From the IMG/VR virus record IMGVR_UViG_3300025913_000019: DNA of 64,000 bases; one strand, written 5' to 3'. Source of the stretch: a virus (Duplodnaviria; Caudoviricetes). The notes under the pieces are model-generated. The model was not told the origin of the DNA, did not search any database, and saw only the letters and a list, made by a program, of their open reading frames with translations. Positions within the stretch are counted from its first letter, which is position 1. Each line of letters opens with the position of its first letter. Of this stretch, positions 18,203 to 26,421 are shown in pieces. The translations under genes and the position numbers were made by a program.

Positions 18203-19396
18203 TCAGTCGCCTTCGTTGATGATGTTGCAGAGCTTGCGCACCTTCGTCGGGCTCAGCTTGTACTTGTCTTCCATGAACTCGAGGTCGATCGGATGGACGC
18301 CCTCGGAGTGGTCCATGTTCGAGAACGTGAAGGTCAGCACGTTCTGGTCGCGCCGGACGCGAATCTGCGTGCCCTTCTTGCGCTTCACGATCGCCTTGAG
18401 TTCGAGGAAGATTTGGGCCTGAGCCTCGGCCACCTTCGCAGGGTCGTTCGTGTTGAGCGTGAAGATCAGCTCGTCGCGTGCGGCATCGACCGACTCGATG
18501 GCCTCGGCTGCCGAGAAGGCTTCACGGCGCAGGCCACCGGCCGGCTCGCGAATCTGCATCGAGACCGGGAGGTTGCCGATCTGGCTGGAGAAGCCTTCGA
18601 GGCTCATCTGCTTGGCGATGGCCTGCGCGGCCGTCGTCAGGCTGGTGATGGTGTGCCCGCCTTCGAGCTTGCCCGGCGGCACGAAGTCGTGGTCGATGAA
18701 GAGCTCGACGTTGCCGCCGACCGTCCACTTGACCGCGATGTAGAGGTGGGGCACGTCCTTGCCCTCGTCGTTCACCGCGTTCTGGAGGATGATGTAGCCG
18801 CAGAAGACCAGCTGGTCTTCCTTGTCGAGCGCGGCGTACGTCATCGTCTGCAGCGACTCGCACTCGATGTACTTGTTGTTCTCGATTTCTTCGGCCAGCG
18901 CCTTGACGAAGTTCTTGTACTGCTTCGGTGCGTGTCCTTCAGCGATCTTGGCCAGCGCCTGGAACAGGGTCTTGAGCGAGTCCTCGATCTGCGTCTTGAG
19001 CTTCTGGAAGCCGCCCAGGACTTCCTGGAACTGCTTCGAGTTCTCGCCCCGCATGTTCATCTTGAACTCGTTCTCCGCGTTCACGAGGAACTTGTAGCGC
19101 TCGCTGAGCCGCTCGGTCAGCGCGTAGTGCTGCTTCAGCTCGTCGGCGTTCGGGACCTCGACCTCGGGGAAGTCGATGTTCATGGTGCGGCGACGCTTCT
19201 TGCCGTCACCGCTGATGTCGAGCGTCTTCACGTCGAGCGCGATGACCGGAGAGGCCTTGACGACGCGTGCGATCTGGCTGAGTCCGCGGTCGACCATCTG
19301 ACGGTCGAGGTCGAACTCCTTGGTCTGCTCTTGCAGGAAGCGCTTGACCTCTTCGAGGCTGCGGAACTTCGTGGTCTGATTGGAGGGCATGTTCAT
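18203..19396 (-). CDS. hypothetical protein with coiled-coil segment
   Basis: 397-aa ORF, strong GC3 bias, ATGA-coupled. Confidence 0.75.
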   Translation of the reverse strand: MNMPSNQTTKFRSLEEVKRFLQEQTKEFDLDRQMVDRGLSQIARVVKASPVIALDVKTLDISGDGKKRRRTMNIDFPEVEVPNADELKQHYALTERLSERYKFLVNAENEFKMNMRGENSKQFQEVLGGFQKLKTQIEDSLKTLFQALAKIAEGHAPKQYKNFVKALAEEIENNKYIECESLQTMTYAALDKEDQLVFCGYIILQNAVNDEGKDVPHLYIAVKWTVGGNVELFIDHDFVPPGKLEGGHTITSLTTAAQAIAKQMSLEGFSSQIGNLPVSMQIREPAGGLRREAFSAAEAIESVDAARDELIFTLNTNDPAKVAEAQAQIFLELKAIVKRKKGTQIRVRRDQNVLTFTFSNMDHSEGVHPIDLEFMEDKYKLSPTKVRKLCNIINEGD

Positions 19397-20379
19397 TCCT
19401 TGTCGTCAGGTTCGGGATACACGACGTCGCGTGTGTAGGTTCGTACTTGACCGTCGGAGCCGTATCGGTCGTTGTAGGCTTGGGCGCTGTCGGGCCCGAT
19501 GTTGAGCATCAGGTTGTCGCCGTGTTCGCAGCTGAGGCGGGCCATGTCCTGACCGACCTTCATCATCTCAGGCGGGATGCCCTTGACCTGCATCCGATCG
19601 GAACCATCGCCGTCGACGAACATGCCGACGACGACGCTGTGACCGGCGGTGCCTTCCCATTCGACAGCTGCCAGGAAGTGAGCCATCGCACGGTACTGCT
19701 CCTCGGATGCGAACCCGAGCTTGAGGTCGAGGTGGAACGGCAGGTCATCGATGTGCTTCCGAGCCTCGATCTGCTCGCGCTGCGCTTCGAGCTCGATCCT
19801 GGCGCTCATCTTCTCGGCTTCGACCATCAGGGGATGGATGCCTCCTGCGAGCAGCTCGACCTCACGGGCGCACATGGCGCACGCCAGACGAGAAGAAGGG
19901 CCGCCGCACTTAGTGCGAAGGCCGTCGGGACGAGGAACCACGTGACCATGGACTTGGAGCGGATCGACATACTTGGCGATGAAGTCGTGGACGTTGATGG
20001 TGTACAGCGTCTGAAGATCGGCGTGCTCGCCGTTCGACAACGTGCAGGTGTAGATCCCGTCGTGGTAACGCCCGTGATACGAGTCGGCCACGGGCTGACC
20101 ATTGACACCGACGGTGAAGGTGTGGATCGGATGGCCGGGCTCACCGACGATCACGATCTCGTGGTTGCGCTCGAGCTCATGAGCGAGACTGCGAATCACG
20201 GTCGCCCTGCAGTCGTTGCCCTTGACCGGCATCAGGCCAGCGCCCATCTGCCCCATGCGCTTGAGGAATGCTTCGACGCTGACGTTGCCACCGTCGCCCA
20301 CCTGCTTGGCTTCAACAGCCAGGAGCGCTTCGATGAGTTCGAGCCTTGCGGCCGCGTGTAGCTGCTTGACTTTGGTCAT
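19393..20379 (-). CDS. hypothetical protein with N-terminal LHAAARL motif variant
   Basis: 328-aa ORF with ATGA overlaps at both ends. Confidence 0.75.
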   Translation of the reverse strand: MTKVKQLHAAARLELIEALLAVEAKQVGDGGNVSVEAFLKRMGQMGAGLMPVKGNDCRATVIRSLAHELERNHEIVIVGEPGHPIHTFTVGVNGQPVADSYHGRYHDGIYTCTLSNGEHADLQTLYTINVHDFIAKYVDPLQVHGHVVPRPDGLRTKCGGPSSRLACAMCAREVELLAGGIHPLMVEAEKMSARIELEAQREQIEARKHIDDLPFHLDLKLGFASEEQYRAMAHFLAAVEWEGTAGHSVVVGMFVDGDGSDRMQVKGIPPEMMKVGQDMARLSCEHGDNLMLNIGPDSAQAYNDRYGSDGQVRTYTRDVVYPEPDDKE

Positions 20380-21023
20380 CGCATCAGCTCCGCGATGATG
20401 GCGTTCATCTCCGCCAGCTGGTTCTTGCAGTCGACCAGCGCATCATGATCGCCCGGCAGCCGAGGGACGTCGCGGTCGAACTTGCGTCCGGCCTTCTGCC
20501 GCGCCACTGCCTTGATGGCGTTCATGTCGAAGTACTCGTAGTGGAACGTGCCGTCGACCGGCGTGTCGCCATCGTAGTGGCTGAGATCGATCACGTTCTT
20601 CATGTAGAGGAACAGGATGTCGGTGGGCACGCAGTCGCCGCACGGACTGACCTTGCCTTTCCACGTTCCGAGCCACTGCTCGAGCAACGACCGCGCCATC
20701 TTGTAGTCGATCTTCGACTCGTTGGCCTTGCGGTAGATCTCGGTCAGGTGCTTGCGCGCGAAGTCCGAGGTCGGCGCCAGGTCGGTGTGGATGAACAGGT
20801 TCAGCGTCGACTCGTCGTCATCGAAGTAATCGGGTCGGGCGTACGCCTTGCCGTTCCATTCGAGCTTCAGAGCCGTGAGCTGGATGATGTCGTCCTTCTT
20901 CGGATCGAGGCCGGTCATCTCGCAGTCGAGCATGACCAGCCGCTCCGGCATGAACAGCGGACTCGGGTCCATCGGTTGTTCCGCGCTCAGGAGGCGCGCC
21001 TTGGCTTTCAGTTGGAGTTCCAT
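20376..21023 (-). CDS. DEDDh 3'-5' exonuclease, oligoribonuclease-like, with N-terminal LKAKARL motif
   Basis: ExoI LVMLDCEMTGLDP, ExoII region VPTDILFL, YFDMNAIK, ExoIII HDALVDC; start ATG 21023 behind AGAG RBS. Confidence 0.85.
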   Translation of the reverse strand: MELQLKAKARLLSAEQPMDPSPLFMPERLVMLDCEMTGLDPKKDDIIQLTALKLEWNGKAYARPDYFDDDESTLNLFIHTDLAPTSDFARKHLTEIYRKANESKIDYKMARSLLEQWLGTWKGKVSPCGDCVPTDILFLYMKNVIDLSHYDGDTPVDGTFHYEYFDMNAIKAVARQKAGRKFDRDVPRLPGDHDALVDCKNQLAEMNAIIAELMR

Positions 21024-21037
21024 CTTGTTCTCTCTGG

Positions 21038-22294
21038 TCAGAACGTGAAGCTGCTGCCACCGTCGGTGATGCCGCTGATCGTGTTCGCCTTCGACGGCGT
21101 CGCAGCGTTGGTCGTCTGCTCCTTGACCATGACGTGACCACGGACTGGGAGGATGCGCCAGAGCTCGGCCGGCTGCGCGACTCGCACCTGGACCTCTTGA
21201 CCGAGGAAGTTGCGATCGCGCGTCGTCCACGGGTTGACTGTACCGACGATCAGCAGCCGCCCCGATTGCGACTCGGCGATGATGTCCAGGGTCTGGACTT
21301 CCGGGCACTCCGGGCTCATGAGGATCTGGAACGGCTCGGTCTTCTCGAACACCGAGATGTCCTGGCTCTTGCCCTTCTTCGGGAACTCGAAGTACACCGG
21401 CTCGGGGTTGAGACCGGCCTGGGCCTCGAAGTGCGTGACCGGGTCCTGGCTGTTGATCGTGATGGTGTGAGGCCGACCGTCAAACCAGTTGAGGACACGC
21501 TTGTTCATCGTGTCGGTTCCGTCGATCAGGATCTGCGCCCTGACCATGCGGTCGCCGTTCATGACGCGGAAGCAGTCGACGACGGCAGCACCGAGAGGCA
21601 GGACCATGACGAACGTGAAGGTACCGGGCCGTAGGGCCAGCGGGCTCGTCGTCAGGTCGAGAGTCGACGTGGTCTGCATCCGGGTCGCATCCACGACCTG
21701 ACGCCAGCCCCGGAAAGGCGAGAAGCCGCCGATGTACCCCGATCCGAAGCACAGTGGGCAGCTCACGTCGGTGAGACCGATCGATCCGTAGTCGAAGTCG
21801 CGCAGCAGCGCGTCGATGTCGGGACTGAACATGCCAGTCTCGGTCATCGTCGGTTCGTCGGTCACCAGGTTGTTTGTTCCGTCGTCGGGACCCGCGCGCC
21901 GCAGGTCACCGAGGAACTGATTGGTCGCGTTGTTCGGGCTCGTCTCGTGGTCGTGGAAGTTGTCGATGTCGTCGAACTCGGAATCCGGCGACAGCGGGTT
22001 GTAGGCGCCGACGCCGAACTTGGATTCACCGGTCAGCACGCGATTGATCGTGCCTGTGTCGGCCTTACCATCGGGATTCAACTTCAGGCCCACCGCCTTC
22101 TCCGCACCCTTGCAGGTGCAGGCGATGCCCTGGCTCAGTCGCGAGTAGAGGATGGCCTTGAACCCCTGGACACGAAACGCAGCGATCATGCGCTGCTGTT
22201 GCATCGATGCCACGTGCTCGACCATCGTCTTGGCGACATCCGACGCCCGCATGTTCGCAGGCGTCAGATTGGAACGGTTGTCCATCAGCGGCAC
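21038..22294 (-). CDS. probable virion head-completion/neck-type protein
   Basis: CTC...CPLCFGSGYIGGF Cys pattern; AAGGAGG RBS then GTG 22294; function inferred. Confidence 0.5.
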   Translation of the reverse strand: MPLMDNRSNLTPANMRASDVAKTMVEHVASMQQQRMIAAFRVQGFKAILYSRLSQGIACTCKGAEKAVGLKLNPDGKADTGTINRVLTGESKFGVGAYNPLSPDSEFDDIDNFHDHETSPNNATNQFLGDLRRAGPDDGTNNLVTDEPTMTETGMFSPDIDALLRDFDYGSIGLTDVSCPLCFGSGYIGGFSPFRGWRQVVDATRMQTTSTLDLTTSPLALRPGTFTFVMVLPLGAAVVDCFRVMNGDRMVRAQILIDGTDTMNKRVLNWFDGRPHTITINSQDPVTHFEAQAGLNPEPVYFEFPKKGKSQDISVFEKTEPFQILMSPECPEVQTLDIIAESQSGRLLIVGTVNPWTTRDRNFLGQEVQVRVAQPAELWRILPVRGHVMVKEQTTNAATPSKANTISGITDGGSSFTF

Positions 22295-22305
22295 GTTGGC
22301 CTCCT

Positions 22306-23187
22306 TCAGTTGCTGACCGCGGACTCGAAGTCGTCCCACACCTTCGAGACGTAGGTCTTGACCAGATCAGGGTCCACGCCCTTCATCAGCGCCTTGACCC
22401 GCGGGTCCTTCATCACCAGTTCGGTGACCTTGGAGACCGGAGTCGGGCTCTTCAGGTTGTAGATGGCGATCCTTGTGATTGCGTTCTTGAGGTCGGCGCT
22501 CAGCGACGCAACGATCAGGCTCATGTTGAGCTTCGTCGGTGGGCCGATCTCGACGCAGCGGATGATCTTGAACTTCGGGTACTTGTGACCCTTCTCCTTG
22601 CGGAAGACGCGCTTGGCCTGCTCGGCATCGACGCAGTGGTCGATCTTGATGCGGGCCGACGCGAGGTCGCCGCCCTGGCGCGGATCTTCGTAGCTGATGT
22701 AGAGCTCGAAAATCTTGTCGCTGGCGGCGCTGGCTGTTGTCTGCACGTGCGAGGCCACGAGACCCTTGCCCTTGCATTCCTTTACGACGTAGGCCTTCGC
22801 GTCGTACAGGTCCTGGTGGGTTGCACCCGTCGACATCGACCCGAAGTACTTCTTCGGCTTGCCCGGAATGTCGACCTCGAACACGTCGACGTTCTTGCGA
22901 CCTTGCTGCTGGACGCGGATCACGGCAGCCATCGTGCCGTTCTCGTCGTAGTAGTCGATGCGACCGAAGCCTTCTTCCCAGTGGCCTTCGGTGGCCAGCA
23001 GGCGGCTCTTGGCCTGGAGCTCGAGCGACGCATGGCTCATCTTCTTGAAGATGTTGGTGACGTAACCGTAGTCCTTGGCGTGGCCTTGCTTGCCAGCCGC
23101 TTCCTTGGCGTCGTCCCACTTCTTCTCGAGTTCGGGCACGGAGCCCTTGCCTTCGCGGCTCAGTTTCTTGATGTACGGTGTCGGCAT
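22306..23187 (-). CDS. hypothetical protein: small N-terminal helical domain plus internal LQAKSRL motif
   Basis: MPTPYIKKL..KW..AK..Y.YV..IFKK, then MSHASLELQAKSRLLA starting at in-frame ATG 23040. Confidence 0.75.
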   Translation of the reverse strand: MPTPYIKKLSREGKGSVPELEKKWDDAKEAAGKQGHAKDYGYVTNIFKKMSHASLELQAKSRLLATEGHWEEGFGRIDYYDENGTMAAVIRVQQQGRKNVDVFEVDIPGKPKKYFGSMSTGATHQDLYDAKAYVVKECKGKGLVASHVQTTASAASDKIFELYISYEDPRQGGDLASARIKIDHCVDAEQAKRVFRKEKGHKYPKFKIIRCVEIGPPTKLNMSLIVASLSADLKNAITRIAIYNLKSPTPVSKVTELVMKDPRVKALMKGVDPDLVKTYVSKVWDDFESAVSN

Positions 23188-23199
23188 GTTCAGCTCACA

Positions 23200-23577
23200 T
23201 CAGTCGTAGTACGGAAGAGTAGACTGCTTAGCCTTCTTCGGGCCAGTGATCCAGACGTAACCTTTTCCGTTGATGGTCACGGTAGCGACGACCGCTCCTT
23301 GGTACAGGAGTCGCACCGCTTTCGGGTCAGTCGCGTACTCGAGATTGCGTTCAACCTTCCAGCCGTTGGACTCGAAGGTCTTCACAACGTCCTCGATCTT
23401 GCTCGGATCGAGCTGACAGGTCATCTGCTGGAAGTCTTCGTAGGGATTGGAATTTCCCCACTGGCCGTGAGCTTTGGCTCCCCAGCGCTTCACCAGCAGA
23501 TTGCGGATCAGTGTCGCAGTAGGCTCCGACACTTTTGCTGCTGTCATTTGCAGACGGGATTTGGCTTGGAGTTTCAT
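23200..23577 (-). CDS. hypothetical protein with N-terminal LQAKSRL motif
   Basis: MKLQAKSRLQ at ATG 23577 behind GAGG RBS; more AT-ending codons than neighbours. Confidence 0.7.
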   Translation of the reverse strand: MKLQAKSRLQMTAAKVSEPTATLIRNLLVKRWGAKAHGQWGNSNPYEDFQQMTCQLDPSKIEDVVKTFESNGWKVERNLEYATDPKAVRLLYQGAVVATVTINGKGYVWITGPKKAKQSTLPYYD

Positions 23578-23584
23578 CTGGTCC

Positions 23585-25210
23585 TCACGAGTCATCGCGG
23601 AGAAGCTTCTCCAGGAAGCTGGGTGGGCGGAAGCCCCAGCGGGCCCACAGCTCGGCTTGCAGGTCACCGTCGATGTAGGACAGCGCCGCAGTCGTGCCGG
23701 TCACGCTTTCCTTCTCGGTGCCGACGCCACGCTTGTGATTCAGCAGCTCGCCGACCTTGGCGGTCATGGCCTTGTACCGCTCGAGCGCTTCCTTCTCGTT
23801 CGAGGGCGGCCGACGCGTCTGCGCGTCCTTGTCGATCAGCTGCTTGAAGAGCGTGGTACCGCGACACGTGCGCAGCTTGTGGACCGTCACCGACTCGGGT
23901 GCGCCGAACGTGTGGAACGCCTTGTTGACATCGGCCGGGCTGACTCTGGCGATGCGGCCGTTGACGTTCACGGTGTAGAGCCACATCGACGGCTTCTTGT
24001 CGCCGATGAGTTCGAGCAGGCGCTTCACCAGCAGCGCGTGCTCCGGGCTGTCGGCCTTGCGGATGATGTGCTTCGTCGGGATCGAGTCCTTGCCGATGTA
24101 GGCGAGATTGACGCCGGCTTGCGTGATCGACGCGTTCTTGACCAGCAGCGTGCCGGCACCGCGGCCAGGGGCCGAACCGATGCGAGCAGCGTAGGTGTAG
24201 AGGATCTCGAGCACGACAGCGGAGACGCACAGCTTGTCAGCCGGGTTCCACTTCTTGATCTTGGCACGCCACGCGTTCTGGATCGAGCCGATGTTGCGCA
24301 TCAGGTCGGCCACGTGCTCGTACTTGGCGCTCGACTGCGAGCGACGGAAGTTGGCCGTGTAGCCGTAGGCGACTTCGCCGTCGACCTTGTAGGCCTTGAA
24401 GACCCAGTTGGCTTCCGGGTCCTTGCCGTCGTTCATCGCGACGTGGGTGTAGGTGTTGAGGTTCGGCACACCACCGATGAGCTCGCCGTCCTTCGTGTAC
24501 CAGTTGCCCTTGTCGTCGATCAGGCCGTCGAAGCCGGGCACCATCGAGTGGGTGAAGCCCATGCTCGTGATCTGCTTGTAGACCTTCTGATAGTCGGCCT
24601 TGTCCTCACCGCTCTTGCGGATCAGGTTCGACAGCGTGGCCTTGAACTCCGCGTTGTGGGCCTTGCGATGCTCGACGTACTGCGCGTATTGCTTCGGGTT
24701 CGTCTCCTTCAGCATCTCCGACTCTTGGCGAGTCAGGTGCGTGCCGTCGCGACCGACCAGCGACTTGACGACCTTGCGCAGCGCCTGGTTGTCGGCCTTC
24801 GGGATCGGCGGCGTGAAGATGGCGGCCATCTCCGGGGAGCCGAAGGTCGACGCGTTCTCACGAATAAACTTCAGCGCCGACACGGAGTCCGAGGTCAGGT
24901 AGGTGCGCAGCGCGTTCAGCATCCGCAGTTCCGGAGTCGTGTACGCGTTGTTGGCCTTGAACTCGGGGAACGCGGACTTGAGCTCGCGACCGAGTTCGAC
25001 CAGAGCCTCGATCTTGTTGGTGCCCGAGGTCGCAGCCTGGATGGCATCAGTCAGCCCCGGCAGCGTCTTCCACTTCGGAGCCGCCTTGACGTAGGGCTTG
25101 AGGTCGGCCTTCATCGCGGCCTTGGGGTTCGAGATGTAGTCCGCGACCAGCGCGCCAAGGATCTGGAGCAGCGAGGTCAGCTGACTGGCGGTGAGTTCGT
25201 AGACTTCCAC
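23585..25210 (-). CDS. type IB DNA topoisomerase (bacterial/poxvirus-like catalytic domain)
   Basis: Catalytic pentad in order: AARIG (R), YIGKD (K), HKLRT (R), LLNH (H), LSYID (Y); GTG start 25210 behind AGGA. Confidence 0.8.
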   Translation of the reverse strand: MEVYELTASQLTSLLQILGALVADYISNPKAAMKADLKPYVKAAPKWKTLPGLTDAIQAATSGTNKIEALVELGRELKSAFPEFKANNAYTTPELRMLNALRTYLTSDSVSALKFIRENASTFGSPEMAAIFTPPIPKADNQALRKVVKSLVGRDGTHLTRQESEMLKETNPKQYAQYVEHRKAHNAEFKATLSNLIRKSGEDKADYQKVYKQITSMGFTHSMVPGFDGLIDDKGNWYTKDGELIGGVPNLNTYTHVAMNDGKDPEANWVFKAYKVDGEVAYGYTANFRRSQSSAKYEHVADLMRNIGSIQNAWRAKIKKWNPADKLCVSAVVLEILYTYAARIGSAPGRGAGTLLVKNASITQAGVNLAYIGKDSIPTKHIIRKADSPEHALLVKRLLELIGDKKPSMWLYTVNVNGRIARVSPADVNKAFHTFGAPESVTVHKLRTCRGTTLFKQLIDKDAQTRRPPSNEKEALERYKAMTAKVGELLNHKRGVGTEKESVTGTTAALSYIDGDLQAELWARWGFRPPSFLEKLLRDDS

Positions 25211-25274
25211 GATGGGTCCTTTGTTTGATGCGTAGTGACAGCGTCGTATGCGCATAAAATTGGGACCCAGGAAT

Positions 25275-25310
25275 GCAAAAGGGCACACGGAGTTGCCACC
25301 GTGTGCCCTT
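25275..25310 (-). terminator. intrinsic terminator
   Basis: Perfect 12-bp stem AAGGGCACACGG/CCGTGTGCCCTT (25279-25310), followed by TT-GC on the minus strand, at the end of the thyA/folA run. Confidence 0.7.
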
Positions 25311-25313
25311 CGA

Positions 25314-25547
25314 TCAGTCGTCAGAACTGGAGTGCGGAACGCCGTCTTTGACGGTGACCGTGACGCCGCAACTGCGGCCGCTTGGCGCCTTCTCGGTCTC
25401 GAACTGGTAGGTGCGACCTGCGCCGGCCTTGTCGAGAGCCGCGAACTGGCACACGTTGGTAGCCTGGATGCCGAGGTATGACCCGTCGGCGGGGACCTCT
25501 GTACCGCGTGCCACGATCGCAGCCAGGTAGCGAAGTTCGACGGCCAT
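25314..25547 (-). CDS. hypothetical protein
   Basis: 77 aa; ATG abuts upstream TGA. Confidence 0.55.
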   Translation of the reverse strand: MAVELRYLAAIVARGTEVPADGSYLGIQATNVCQFAALDKAGAGRTYQFETEKAPSGRSCGVTVTVKDGVPHSSSDD

Positions 25548-25861
25548 CAGTCGTCCTCGTCTTCGCCGTCGACGCGGTCGTGAACGTCGATCCAGTCCTG
25601 GTCGGTGTTGTCCCACACGACTTCGCCGAGACCGATGATGGCGTCACCCGTCAGCACATCGTCCAGCGGGTTGCCGTCGAACCGGTACATGCGACGCTTC
25701 TCGACTGCCATGAGACACGCGTCGAGCGGGACGCGAACCGTGACCTCGAGCATCGTGCCCGTCTTGGTGCCGACTGCACGACTGCGCAGCACCTCGGGCG
25801 TCAGGCTGTTCTTGACCAGCAGCGGCGTCTCGACTTTCTTCTTGCTTTCTTCGTTGGTCAT
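25547..25861 (-). CDS. hypothetical protein
   Basis: 104 aa; GGAGG RBS; ATGA overlap with folA. Confidence 0.65.
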   Translation of the reverse strand: MTNEESKKKVETPLLVKNSLTPEVLRSRAVGTKTGTMLEVTVRVPLDACLMAVEKRRMYRFDGNPLDDVLTGDAIIGLGEVVWDNTDQDWIDVHDRVDGEDEDD

Positions 25862-26409
25862 GCGTCCTCCCGATCGATTTGGTGAACCGGCCGCGCCAGA
25901 CCGTTGTGGCGCAACCAGCGGGTGACAGCGAACTTGCGACCGTCAGCAGCAGTACGTGAGTCGATGTCGTTCGCGTACCAATGCTCGCGATGCCAGAACG
26001 GGAACAGGACGTCACCGTCGATCCGTTCGTGCAGCGTCGTAAGCAGCAGCTCGTGAGCGTATGGCAGCGCCTGCTCGTACATCTGCGCGCCGCCAGCGAT
26101 GTAGATCGGCACGCCGGCATCGCACCGATCATCGAGGACACGAAGCGCGTTCATCAAGTCCGTGAAGACGTGAGCGCCCTTGGCCTCGTAGCCCGGCTGG
26201 CGACTGATGACGATGTTCTCACGGTACGGCAGCGGCCGGTACTTGGGCGGGATCGATTCCCAGGTTCGACGACCCATCACCACGTAGCGACCCGTGGTCG
26301 TGGCCTTGAAATGGGCCATGTCCTCGGGCAGATGCCACGGGATCGAATTCGAGTCCGAGCGGCCGATGACTCGGCCTTCCGCCATCGCGGCGATGAGTAC
26401 GATCTTCAT
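25858..26409 (-). CDS. folA: dihydrofolate reductase
   Basis: LIAAMAEGRVIG, IPWHLPEDMAHFK, VVMGRRTWESIP, PLPYRENIVISR, IAGGAQMY, GDVLFP. Confidence 0.96.
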   Translation of the reverse strand: MKIVLIAAMAEGRVIGRSDSNSIPWHLPEDMAHFKATTTGRYVVMGRRTWESIPPKYRPLPYRENIVISRQPGYEAKGAHVFTDLMNALRVLDDRCDAGVPIYIAGGAQMYEQALPYAHELLLTTLHERIDGDVLFPFWHREHWYANDIDSRTAADGRKFAVTRWLRHNGLARPVHQIDREDA

Positions 26410-26421
26410 GTCGAGCCCTGG

